32,000 nt of DNA, taken from Haloferax volcanii DS2 (lineage in GTDB: Archaea > Halobacteriota > Halobacteria > Halobacteriales > Haloferacaceae). The notes below the pieces were generated by a model, which saw only the letters and a list, made by a program, of their open reading frames with translations, made no database searches and was not told the origin of the DNA. This document shows positions 15,323-23,531 of the stretch, one piece after another (the first letter of the stretch is position 1; every line of letters starts with the position of its first letter). The position numbers were made by a program, and so were the translations under genes. The stretch is taken from the NCBI RefSeq assembly GCF_000025685.1, contig NC_013966.1, forward strand, positions 510,001 through 542,000, read 5' to 3'.

Positions 15323-16486
15323 ATGCGAGACGCATACATCGTCGGAGCGGGCCAATCGAAGTACGGCGCGTTTCCGGACGAGAGCTATCGGTCGCTGTTC
15401 GCGACCGCGTTCGAGGAGGCACTGGGGAGCGCCGGCGGTGTCGAGGCGGCCGATATCGACGAGGCCGTCGTCGGGTCGCTCGGCGTCGGCGGTCGGCAAC
15501 TCGGCTTATCGGGACCGGCCGTGACGGAGCACGTCGGCCTCCACGGCGTCCCCTGTTCCCGAATCGAAAACGCCTGCGCAGCGAGCGGCTACGCGGTCAG
15601 ACAGGCGGTGCAGGCGGTCAAAAGCGGGATGGCGGACGTGGCCCTCGCGGGGGGCTACGAGGTCATGACCGACACGAGCGGCGACGTGGCGAAGTACTGG
15701 CTCGGCGTCAGCGGCGAGACGGAGTGGGAGCGTCTCACCGGGACGACGTTCGCGGGCGTCTACGCCCAGATTGCCTCGGCGTATCTCGACGCCTACGACG
15801 CCTCGCCGGACCACTTCTCGAAGGTCGCGGTGAAGAACCACGCGAACGGCGCGAAGAACCCGAAGGCGCACCTCGGCTTCGAGTGCTCGCTCGACGACGC
15901 GCGGAGCGCGCCCGTCGTGGCCGACCCGCTGAATCTCTATCACTGCTGTCCGACCTCCGACGGCGCGGCCGCGGTTCTCGTCGCCAGCGAGGGCGTTGCC
16001 AACGCGTGCGACGACGCGGTCCGCGTCGCGGGCGTGGGTGCCGCCTCCGAGCGCGTCGGCCTCTTCCAGCGCGACAGCTACACCGCCGTCGAATCGTCCG
16101 AGCGGGCCGCCGCGGCCGCCTACGAGATGGCCGGTCTCGGCCCCGACGACGTGGACTTCGCGGAGGTCCACGACTGCTTCGCCATCGCCGAGTTGCTGGC
16201 GTACGAGGACCTCGGCTTCTGCGAGCGCGGACACGCGCCCGAACTGGTCGACTCGGGAGCGACCGAACTCGGCGGCGACCTGCCCGTCAACCCCTCCGGC
16301 GGCCTGAAATCGAAGGGCCACCCCATCGGCGCGACGGGCGCGGGGCAGGTCGTCGAGGCGTTCAAACAACTCACCGGGCGGGCCGGTGATCGGCAAGTCG
16401 CGGGCGCGAGCGTCGGCCTCACCCACAACGTCGGCGGGTCGGGCGGGGCCGCCGTCGTCCACGTCCTCGAAGGGGGTGCGCTATGA
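15323..16486 (+). CDS. SCP-x/archaeal-type thiolase (candidate 3-oxoadipyl-CoA / 3-oxo-5,6-dehydrosuberyl-CoA thiolase, PaaJ role)
   Basis: 387 aa with nucleophile Cys in IENACAASG, the VHDCF motif and GGLKSKGHPIGATG. Its stop overlaps the next start (ATGA at 16483-16486). Confidence 0.88.
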   Translation: MRDAYIVGAGQSKYGAFPDESYRSLFATAFEEALGSAGGVEAADIDEAVVGSLGVGGRQLGLSGPAVTEHVGLHGVPCSRIENACAASGYAVRQAVQAVKSGMADVALAGGYEVMTDTSGDVAKYWLGVSGETEWERLTGTTFAGVYAQIASAYLDAYDASPDHFSKVAVKNHANGAKNPKAHLGFECSLDDARSAPVVADPLNLYHCCPTSDGAAAVLVASEGVANACDDAVRVAGVGAASERVGLFQRDSYTAVESSERAAAAAYEMAGLGPDDVDFAEVHDCFAIAELLAYEDLGFCERGHAPELVDSGATELGGDLPVNPSGGLKSKGHPIGATGAGQVVEAFKQLTGRAGDRQVAGASVGLTHNVGGSGGAAVVHVLEGGAL

Positions 16487-18051
16487 GCGCCGACGACCCG
16501 GCCCGAGCGACCCTCGGAATCGCCGGGGTCGGCGCGTACGTTCCTCGGCTGTACCTCCCCGCGTCGGCCTACCGCGAGGCGTGGGGCAAGGGCGGCGCGC
16601 CGGGCGTCGACCGGGTCGCCGTCGCCGACGCCGACGAAGACACCCTGACGATGGCGACCGAGGCGGGCCGGCGCGCACTCCGCGCGGCCGGGGTTGACGC
16701 CGGCGACATCGACCACCTCGCCCTTGCGACCACGACGCCGCCGAACGACGAGGAGGAAATCGCGGTTCGGCTGGCCTCGCTCCTCGGCGTCGACCCGTCG
16801 GTTCCGACCCGGCAGTTCGGCGGGAGTACCCGCGCCGGCGCGGTGGCGCTGGCGGCGACGGTCGAGGCGACACAGAACGTGGGTGACGGCGCGAGCAGTC
16901 CGAGGCTCGTCGTCGTCACCGACAGCCCGCGAGGAGCGCCCGAAAGCGACGAGGCGGCCGGTGCCGGGGCGGGGGCGACCGCGCTCGTCCTCGCCGAAGA
17001 CGGACCGCTCGTCGTCGACGCCGTGGGCGAGTTCGGTGACCCCGCACCCGGTGCGCGGTTCCGAGGGTTCGGGAGCGCCGAGACGGAGTCCATCGGCGTC
17101 ACGCAGTACGAACGCGACGCCTACACGCGGGCGGTCGTCGGGGCGGTCGAGGCCCTCGGCATCGACACGGCCGAACTGGATCCCGACGCCGTGGCCCTCA
17201 CCGCGCCGGACGGGAAACTCCCGTACCGCGCGGCCAACGCGCTCGACGTCGAACCGGCGCGAATCGCGGCCGGGACCGTCGTCTCGCGAACCGGTGACGC
17301 CGGGGCCGCCGGGCCGGTTCTCGGACTCGCGTCGGCGCTCGACTCCGCGGGCGACGCGGGAGCCGACGAGTCGGACGGCCGGTCCCCCGCGACCTCGGTA
17401 CTCCTCGTCGGCTACGGCGGCGGCGCGGGGGCGACCGCGCTCGCGCTCAGCACAGAGGCGACAGACACCAACGCCGCCGCCAGTTCCGTCGTCCCGGTCG
17501 AGGCGGTCCTCGACGGCGACGTGGAACTCTCGTACGCGGAGGCGCTCCGGCGGCGCGGGACCATCACCGGCGGGGAGCCGGCTGGCGGCGGTGCGTACGT
17601 CAGCGTGCCGACGTGGAAGCGGACGATTCCGCAGCGACACCGCCTCGTCGCCGGCGAGTGCACCGAGTGCGGGGCGCTCTCGTTCCCGCCGGAAGGGGCG
17701 TGTGCCGACTGCGGGTCGCTCGCGGGCTACGACGACGTGACGCTGCCCGGAACGGGAACCGTCGAGGCCGCGACCGCCATCGGACAGGGGGGCGCGCCGC
17801 CGGAGTTCGTCGAGCAACAGCAGCGGGCCGGGTCGTTCCCGGTCGCCGTCGTCGCCTTCGACGGGCCGGGCGGCGAGGGCGGCGAGACCGACGAGCGAAC
17901 CGTGAGCGCGCCCGCACAGGTCGTCCACTCGCCCGCCGGAACGCCCGCAATCGGCGACCGCGTCGAGGCCGTCCCGCGCCGCATCTACGAGCAGGAGGGC
18001 GTCGTCAGGTACGGCTTCAAGGTCGTCCCGACCGAGGCGCGGCGGGAGTAA
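16483..18051 (+). CDS. Fusion protein: HMG-CoA-synthase-like (condensing-enzyme fold) domain lacking catalytic Cys/Glu, plus a DUF35 Zn-ribbon/OB-fold domain
   Basis: The N-terminus (GIAGVGAYVPRLYLPASAYREAWGK...DEDTLTMATEAGRRAL) resembles archaeal HMGCS. The only four Cys in 522 aa are C393/C396/C407/C410 (C-x2-C-x10-C-x2-C, nt 17659-17712). This ribbon is followed by an OB-like C-terminus, which is the DUF35 layout. Confidence 0.8.
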   Translation: MSADDPARATLGIAGVGAYVPRLYLPASAYREAWGKGGAPGVDRVAVADADEDTLTMATEAGRRALRAAGVDAGDIDHLALATTTPPNDEEEIAVRLASLLGVDPSVPTRQFGGSTRAGAVALAATVEATQNVGDGASSPRLVVVTDSPRGAPESDEAAGAGAGATALVLAEDGPLVVDAVGEFGDPAPGARFRGFGSAETESIGVTQYERDAYTRAVVGAVEALGIDTAELDPDAVALTAPDGKLPYRAANALDVEPARIAAGTVVSRTGDAGAAGPVLGLASALDSAGDAGADESDGRSPATSVLLVGYGGGAGATALALSTEATDTNAAASSVVPVEAVLDGDVELSYAEALRRRGTITGGEPAGGGAYVSVPTWKRTIPQRHRLVAGECTECGALSFPPEGACADCGSLAGYDDVTLPGTGTVEAATAIGQGGAPPEFVEQQQRAGSFPVAVVAFDGPGGEGGETDERTVSAPAQVVHSPAGTPAIGDRVEAVPRRIYEQEGVVRYGFKVVPTEARRE

Positions 18052-18110
18052 TCGGTCGGGGGCGCGGGAGCAGAACCGGGTCATCGACACCGAAGCGAGG
18101 GCAAACGATT

Positions 18111-19022
18111 ATGATGGTTCCCGAACCCCTTTCGGTGATGCAAGTGAGTGTACTCGGCGCGGGAACCATGGGTCACGGCATCGCGCAGGTGGCCGCGATG
18201 GCCGGTCACGAGGTGACGATGCGTGACATCGAAGCGGCGTACGTCGACGATGGACTGGACGCCATCGAGTCGAACCTCCGGGGCGGCGTCGACCGCGACA
18301 AGGTGACGCCCGACGAGATGGCGGCGACGCTCGATCGACTCTCGGGGACGACCTCGCTGGAGGCGGCCGTCACCGACGCCGACCTCGTCGTCGAGGCGGT
18401 TCCCGAGGATATGGAACTCAAGCGCGAGACGGTCGCGGAGGTCGAATCCCTCGTCGACGACGACGCCGTCATCGCGTCGAACACGTCGTCGCTCTCCGTG
18501 ACCCAGATACTGAGCGCCCTCGAACGTCCGGAGCGCGGCCTCGGACTCCACTTCTTCAACCCGGTCCACATCATGGGGCTCGTCGAGGTCGTCGTCGCGG
18601 AACAGACGAGCGAATCGACGCTGGCGTTCGCCACCGAGTTCGTCGAGGGCATCGACAAGACCGCCGTCGAGGTCGGTGACTCGCCCGGCTTCGCCTCCTC
18701 GCGGCTCGGCGTCGCCCTCGGCGTCGAGGCCATGCGCATGGTGCAGGAGGGCGTCGCGTCGCCCGCGGACGTCGACACCGCGATGGAGCTCGGGTACAAC
18801 CACCCGATGGGGCCACTCGAACTCGGAGACGCGGTCGGCCTCGACGTTCGCCTCGACATCCTCGAATACCTACGCGAGGAACTGGGCGAGCGCTTCCGCC
18901 CGCCGCAGATTCTCAAGCGAAAGGTCCGCGCCGGCAAGCTCGGCAAGAAGACCGGTGAGGGCTTCTACGTCTGGGAGGACGGCGAAATCGTCGGCGCGCC
19001 CGAGGACGTGATGGACCGATGA
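18111..19022 (+). CDS. 3-hydroxyacyl-CoA dehydrogenase (PaaH-like)
   Basis: ATG 18111 (or ATG 18138, MQVSVLGAGTMG) within ORF 17613..19022. It has the Rossmann motif VLGAGTMGHGIA, NTSSLS, HFFNP and C-terminal dimerisation domain motifs. Confidence 0.9.
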   Translation: MMVPEPLSVMQVSVLGAGTMGHGIAQVAAMAGHEVTMRDIEAAYVDDGLDAIESNLRGGVDRDKVTPDEMAATLDRLSGTTSLEAAVTDADLVVEAVPEDMELKRETVAEVESLVDDDAVIASNTSSLSVTQILSALERPERGLGLHFFNPVHIMGLVEVVVAEQTSESTLAFATEFVEGIDKTAVEVGDSPGFASSRLGVALGVEAMRMVQEGVASPADVDTAMELGYNHPMGPLELGDAVGLDVRLDILEYLREELGERFRPPQILKRKVRAGKLGKKTGEGFYVWEDGEIVGAPEDVMDR

Positions 19023-19900
19023 GCGGTGACGAGCCGAGCGCCGATGACTCGCAGACAGACGACCTCCGCACCGACGGAGGGGAATCGACCGTCGAGTCGG
19101 TCGCCGCCGAGTGCGAGACGGTCGACGCCGTCGTCGACGACCGCGTCGAAGGCGTCGTCACCGTGACGCTGAACCGCCCCGACGCGCGGAACGCGCTCAA
19201 CGCGACGCTCCGGGCTGAACTCAAGCGCGTCCTCGACGCCATCGAAGCGAGCAGCGCCCGCGTCGTCGTCCTCACCGGCTCCGACGAGGCGAAGGCGTTC
19301 GTCGCCGGCGCGGACGTAACGGAGCTCCGCGAGCGCGATATGCTCGAACAGCGCGAGGCGAGCAAGCGACCGCGAGTGTACGAACGCGTCGACGACCTCC
19401 GACAGCCGGTCATCGCCCGCGTAAACGGCCACGCCCTCGGCGGCGGCTGCGAACTGATGCAGGCCTGCGACGTTCGCATCGCCCACGAGCGGTCGAAACT
19501 CGGCCAACCCGAAATCAATCTCGGCATCATGCCCGGCGGGGGCGGCACCCAGCGACTCGCGCGTCTCGTCGGCGAGGGACACGCCATGCGACTCGTCCTG
19601 ACGGGCGAGCTCATCTCCGCCGAGGAGGCCGCGGACATCGGCCTCGTGGAGGAGGTCCACGGCGACGAGACCTTCGACGAGCGGGTGTACGAACTCGCAG
19701 AGCTGATGGCGACGAAGAGCCCCGTGGCCCTGGAGTTCGCCAAGAAAGCGGTCAAGGCCGCCTCGCGGACAGACCTCGAACAGGGCATCGAGTACGAGGC
19801 GGAGCTGTTCGCCCAACTGTTCGGGTCGCCAGACAAGGACGAGGGTATCGACGCGTTCTTCGAGGACCGCGAACCCGAATGGCACGAGCGCGAGCGATAG
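19019..19900 (+). CDS. Enoyl-CoA hydratase (crotonase, PaaF-like)
   Basis: ATGA overlap with the dehydrogenase gene. Both catalytic Glu contexts are present (GGGCELMQACD and QPEINLGIMPGGGGTQRL). It has an acidic N-terminal extension of about 40 aa. Confidence 0.9.
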   Translation: MSGDEPSADDSQTDDLRTDGGESTVESVAAECETVDAVVDDRVEGVVTVTLNRPDARNALNATLRAELKRVLDAIEASSARVVVLTGSDEAKAFVAGADVTELRERDMLEQREASKRPRVYERVDDLRQPVIARVNGHALGGGCELMQACDVRIAHERSKLGQPEINLGIMPGGGGTQRLARLVGEGHAMRLVLTGELISAEEAADIGLVEEVHGDETFDERVYELAELMATKSPVALEFAKKAVKAASRTDLEQGIEYEAELFAQLFGSPDKDEGIDAFFEDREPEWHERER

Positions 19901-20454
19901 ACTCCTCAACCACGCCGTTCGAACTACTCGAACGGCTTCGAAACCGCCGCGACCGTCCGGCGAGAACTCGCAGCGCAGGCGCGAGCGCTAGTTTCACGCC
20001 GTGAACACGACACCGGGAGCGGCCCGCCCGCGAGCGAGTCCGAAATCGGGGGCGCGCCGGTGGAGGACCGGGCATTCTGTCCTTTCGAACGCGAGTCCGT
20101 ACTCGAGCGACGCCGCCGTATCGGCAGTCGCTATCGATGACCGTCTCGCGCGCGAACCGAACACCGAGTCTCGAATGACGGGGATACGGCGGTTTCGGGG
20201 CGAACGAGACCCAGCAACGATGCGGCCGGCCCACAGGACGGCAGCCGGACGGTTCGTCTCCCACGCCACAATCCGTGACAGGTGTAATTCTGTAATTGCT
20301 CGCGTCCTGCCGCGTTAATCTACAATAGTATAATAAGAATATAACCACATTATGTTCGAGTGGTTCGAACAGTAATCGTCGCAACCGAATCGTCGTCTCA
20401 GCTCCTCGAAAGCGTGATTCTCCGGCTTCGAACGGGAGAGTACTCCCTGAATGA

Positions 20455-20471
20455 GTTCGAACAGTTCGAAC
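20455..20471. promoter_or_regulatory. Tandem palindrome GTTCGAAC-A-GTTCGAAC (copy downstream of iclR)
   Basis: Exact 17-mer, identical to 21314-21330. Each 8-mer is a perfect palindrome. It lies about 42 nt beyond the iclR stop. Confidence 0.5.
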
Positions 20472-20512
20472 CGTTCCGCAGCTTCGGTTCGCCGGCGGGA
20501 CGAGACACCGGG

Positions 20513-21283
20513 TCAGGAGAAGTTGAGGTTGATTTCGACCTCGTTGGCCGCGCCGAGGAGGAGGTCCGCGAGGTCGCCGGTCATTCGGTCGCCCCGAAGC
20601 CGGTTCGAGGGCCCCGAGATGCTTATCGCTCCGACGGGGCGGCCCTCGTTGTCGGTGACGGCGACGCCGACGGCGTGGAGTTTCGGGACGATTTCCTCGC
20701 GGTTGAGCGCGAACCCGCGCTCGCGAATCGTCGCCAGCTCCTCGAAGAGCGCGTCGGGGTCGGTTATCGTCTGCGGCGTCTTCGCCGGGAGGCCGTGTCG
20801 GTCGACGATGTCGCGGACGCGCTCGTCCGGGAACGCCGACAGGATGGCCTTGCCGGCGGCGAGTTGGTGGAGGTACGAGCGCGTCCCCTCCCGCGCTGGC
20901 GTCCGCACCGAGTGCGCGCCGGCCGCGCCGTAGAGGTGGAACCCGCGGCCCTGCTCTTCCGTGACGCACCACACTTTCTCGCCGGTCTGCTCGGCGAGTT
21001 CGTCCAGTTTCGGCTTGGCCACCTCGTACAGTTGGTGCTGGTCGCGCGCGTAGATGCCGAAGTCGAGGAGCCGAAGGCCGACCCGGTAGCCGTCGTCGTC
21101 GGGGACGACGAACCCCTCGCGTTCGAGCGTCTTCAGATGCCGGTGGACCGTGCTCTTGGCCAATCCGAGCTCCGAGGCGAGCCCCGTCGGCCCCATCGGT
21201 CCCCCCGATTTGAGCTGTTCGAGGATACCGAGCGACGTGGCGGCCGTCGTCACCGGTCGGCGCTGTTCGTCGTCTGTCATCAC
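20513..21283 (-). CDS. IclR-family transcription regulator
   Basis: 256 aa with an N-terminal winged HTH (LASELGLAKSTVHRHLKTLEREGFV) and a C-terminal IclR effector domain. TATA TTTATCAC (reverse of 21303-21310) lies about 24 nt upstream of the ATG. Confidence 0.9.
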   Translation of the reverse strand: MMTDDEQRRPVTTAATSLGILEQLKSGGPMGPTGLASELGLAKSTVHRHLKTLEREGFVVPDDDGYRVGLRLLDFGIYARDQHQLYEVAKPKLDELAEQTGEKVWCVTEEQGRGFHLYGAAGAHSVRTPAREGTRSYLHQLAAGKAILSAFPDERVRDIVDRHGLPAKTPQTITDPDALFEELATIRERGFALNREEIVPKLHAVGVAVTDNEGRPVGAISISGPSNRLRGDRMTGDLADLLLGAANEVEINLNFS

Positions 21284-21313
21284 TTATCGTCGGTGTTCAT
21301 TCGTGATAAATCT

Positions 21314-21330
21314 GTTCGAACAGTTCGAAC
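21314..21330. promoter_or_regulatory. Tandem palindrome GTTCGAAC-A-GTTCGAAC abutting the iclR TATA box (candidate IclR autoregulatory operator)
   Basis: Exact 17-mer, immediately upstream (BRE side) of the iclR TATA. It is followed by CTCGAAC half-sites at 21345-21351 and 21366-21372 with roughly helical spacing. It sits in the iclR / ethD divergent spacer. Confidence 0.55.
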
Positions 21331-21422
21331 GTCAGTTCCACCCACTCGAACGCCCTCGACGGCCGCTCGAACCGCGAGTCAGCGATAGAGCAAAGTAACG
21401 TCGGATTGGATCGCAGACGTGC

Positions 21423-21743
21423 ATGATTAAATTGGTGAATATGCTCGTCCGGGACGACGACTACACGCACGAGGAGTTCGTCGAGCGGTGGCGGGGGAGC
21501 CACGCGGAACTCGCGAGGGAGTTTCCGGGGCTCGTGAAGTACGCGACGAGCGTCCCGACCGACCCCGAACGGTCCGAGTACGACGGTATCGTCGAACTCT
21601 ACTTCGAGGACATGGCCGCTCTGAAGGCGGCGTTCGACTCCGAGGTCGGTCAGCGCGTGAACGCCGACGCGGCGGCGTTCACCGACATGGAACGGGGACC
21701 GACGCTCTACGTCGAGGAGACGGTTCACCTCGACAGGTCCTGA
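21423..21743 (+). CDS. EthD-domain protein (dimeric alpha/beta-barrel family)
   Basis: 106 aa. PGLVKYATSVPTDPERSEYDGIVELYFEDMAAL closely parallels both repeats of the protein at 25853..26575. Confidence 0.78.
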   Translation: MIKLVNMLVRDDDYTHEEFVERWRGSHAELAREFPGLVKYATSVPTDPERSEYDGIVELYFEDMAALKAAFDSEVGQRVNADAAAFTDMERGPTLYVEETVHLDRS

Positions 21744-21747
21744 ATCT

Positions 21748-23442
21748 ATGAACACGAGCGAACGACTCGTCGAGAGCCTCGAACGGCTCGGCGTCGAGCG
21801 AATCTTCGGCTACCCCGGCGGCCGCGTCATCGAACTGTTCGACCTGCTGCCCGAGTCGGACATCGACCTCGTGCGCCCCCGCGACGAGCGCGAGGCGAGC
21901 GTCATGGCCGAGATGCACGGTCGGTTGACGGGCGAACCGGGCGTCCTCGCCGGGCAGGGACCGTGGATAGGAAGCCTCGGCCTCATCGGACAGATGGAGG
22001 CGCGCCTCGCCTCGTCGCCGGTGGTCACCATCACCGAGGCCTCCGAGCGCGGGGCCTACTCGACGCTCGCGCCCTACCAGCAGTCCCGCGGCGACTACGG
22101 CGGCCTCGAACTCCCGAAGATTCTCGACGCCGTGACGAAGGAACACTGGTTCCCGCGGACCCCGACCGAGACGGTTCGGAGCCTCCAACTCGCGTTCAAA
22201 CACGCCGTCGCGGGTCGACCCGGCCCGACGGCGGTCATCCTCGACGGCGACGCCGTCACCGAACCGTTCCCGGACGAGTCCGTACCGGCGGTCTGGGACG
22301 ACGAAACGCAGACCAGAACGTGGACCGCCGCGCCGACGGCGCGCGACATCGCCGCCGCCGCCGAGGCGCTCGACGCGGCCGAGCGACCGGTCATCGTCTC
22401 GGGCAACGGCGTCCACGCGTCGGGCGCGTACGACGAACTCGCGGCGGTCGCCGAGGCCTACGAAGCCGCGGTCGTCACCTCCTACCTCGGGAAATCGACG
22501 TTTCCCGAGACGCACCGCCTCGCCGGCGGCGTCATCGGCTCGTTCGGTCACGAGGGCGCGAACCGACTCGTCAGCGAGGCCGACGCGCTCCTCGTCGTCG
22601 GCTGTCGCATGAACCCGATGGACACCAACTGGCAGGCCCCCGACTTCATCCGCCCCGACGAGCAGACGATTATCCACGCCGACATCGACCCGCGGAACGC
22701 CGGATGGGTCTACCCCGCCGACGTGGGGCTCATCGGTGACGCGTCCGAATCGCTGCGCGAACTCGCGGCCGCCGGCGGCACCGACAACGACTGGGCAGAA
22801 GACCGAGCGCGGGAGGCCCGCGAGTCGTTTTACGCGCCCGAGTGCGGGTCGGACGCCGCGCCAATCCTCCCCCAGCGGGCCGTCAAGGAAATCGAGCGCG
22901 TCGTCGACGAGGACACCGTCGTCACCGCCGACTCGGGGAACAACCGCTTTTGGCTGCTCAACTACCTCCAGGTGCCCGCCGTGCAGACGTACTACGGTTC
23001 GGGCGGCGTCGGCGGCATGGGGTGGGCGACGCCCGCCGCGGTGTCGGCCGCGCTGGCGACCGACAAACACGTCGTCGGCGTCGCGGGCGACGGCGGCTTC
23101 GCCATGACGATGACGAGCGTCGAGACGGCGGTCGAACACGGCGTCGCGCCGACGTTCGTCGTCCTCAACGACACCAGCCTCGGGATGGTCAGACAGATGC
23201 AGCACGTGCCCGACGACATCGCGGGCGTCGAGTTCCACGACACGGACTTCGCGCGGGTCGCGGAGGCGTTCGGCGCGACGGGCGTCCGCGTCGAGACGCC
23301 GGGCGAACTCGGCGACGCGCTCGCCGACGCGAAGACGCACGGCCTCCCGGCGGTCATCGACGCCCGTATCGACCGCAGTCAGGACATGGCCGCGACGCTC
23401 CAGTCGTCGTTCTACGCGTCGGTCGGGGGGCTCCACGAATAG
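21748..23442 (+). CDS. Thiamine-diphosphate-dependent enzyme (acetolactate-synthase / 2-ketoacid-decarboxylase superfamily)
   Basis: 564 aa with the PYR-domain motif IFGYPGG, catalytic Glu context RDEREASVMAEMHGR and the ThDP/Mg motif GDG-x24-ND (VAGDGGF...VVLNDTS). It starts 4 nt after the ethD stop. Confidence 0.88.
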   Translation: MNTSERLVESLERLGVERIFGYPGGRVIELFDLLPESDIDLVRPRDEREASVMAEMHGRLTGEPGVLAGQGPWIGSLGLIGQMEARLASSPVVTITEASERGAYSTLAPYQQSRGDYGGLELPKILDAVTKEHWFPRTPTETVRSLQLAFKHAVAGRPGPTAVILDGDAVTEPFPDESVPAVWDDETQTRTWTAAPTARDIAAAAEALDAAERPVIVSGNGVHASGAYDELAAVAEAYEAAVVTSYLGKSTFPETHRLAGGVIGSFGHEGANRLVSEADALLVVGCRMNPMDTNWQAPDFIRPDEQTIIHADIDPRNAGWVYPADVGLIGDASESLRELAAAGGTDNDWAEDRAREARESFYAPECGSDAAPILPQRAVKEIERVVDEDTVVTADSGNNRFWLLNYLQVPAVQTYYGSGGVGGMGWATPAAVSAALATDKHVVGVAGDGGFAMTMTSVETAVEHGVAPTFVVLNDTSLGMVRQMQHVPDDIAGVEFHDTDFARVAEAFGATGVRVETPGELGDALADAKTHGLPAVIDARIDRSQDMAATLQSSFYASVGGLHE

Positions 23443-23531
23443 CGCGCGGTGACGAGTCGGCCGTCTCGGCCGCGCTCGGTGGTCCGCGTTCGGGAAACAC
23501 TTTTCTCGCGCGCAGGGAGAACTACGATACC

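Noticed and set aside
13945-16389. 814-aa plus-strand ORF spanning paaK (antisense) and the thiolase (out of frame)
   Set aside because: Its Arg/Gly-rich composition is implausible for a halophile proteome. It overlaps two genes with strong family motifs in other frames.
16120-18090. 656-aa minus-strand ORF, with similar shadow ORFs at 6228-7775, 21679-23541, 28101-29789, 29866-31824, 13457-14899 and 4528-5511
   Set aside because: All are antisense or out of frame to well-supported genes. They are extremely Arg/Pro/Gly-rich with no recognisable domains, the expected artefact of about 67 percent G+C with GC-rich third positions.
19994-20318. ORFs 19994-20269 (-) and 20001-20318 (+) as real genes filling the 610-bp gap
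   Set aside because: Both encode strongly basic Arg-rich peptides with weak third-position G/C bias, no motifs and no suitably placed TATA element. The region is treated as non-coding or decayed.
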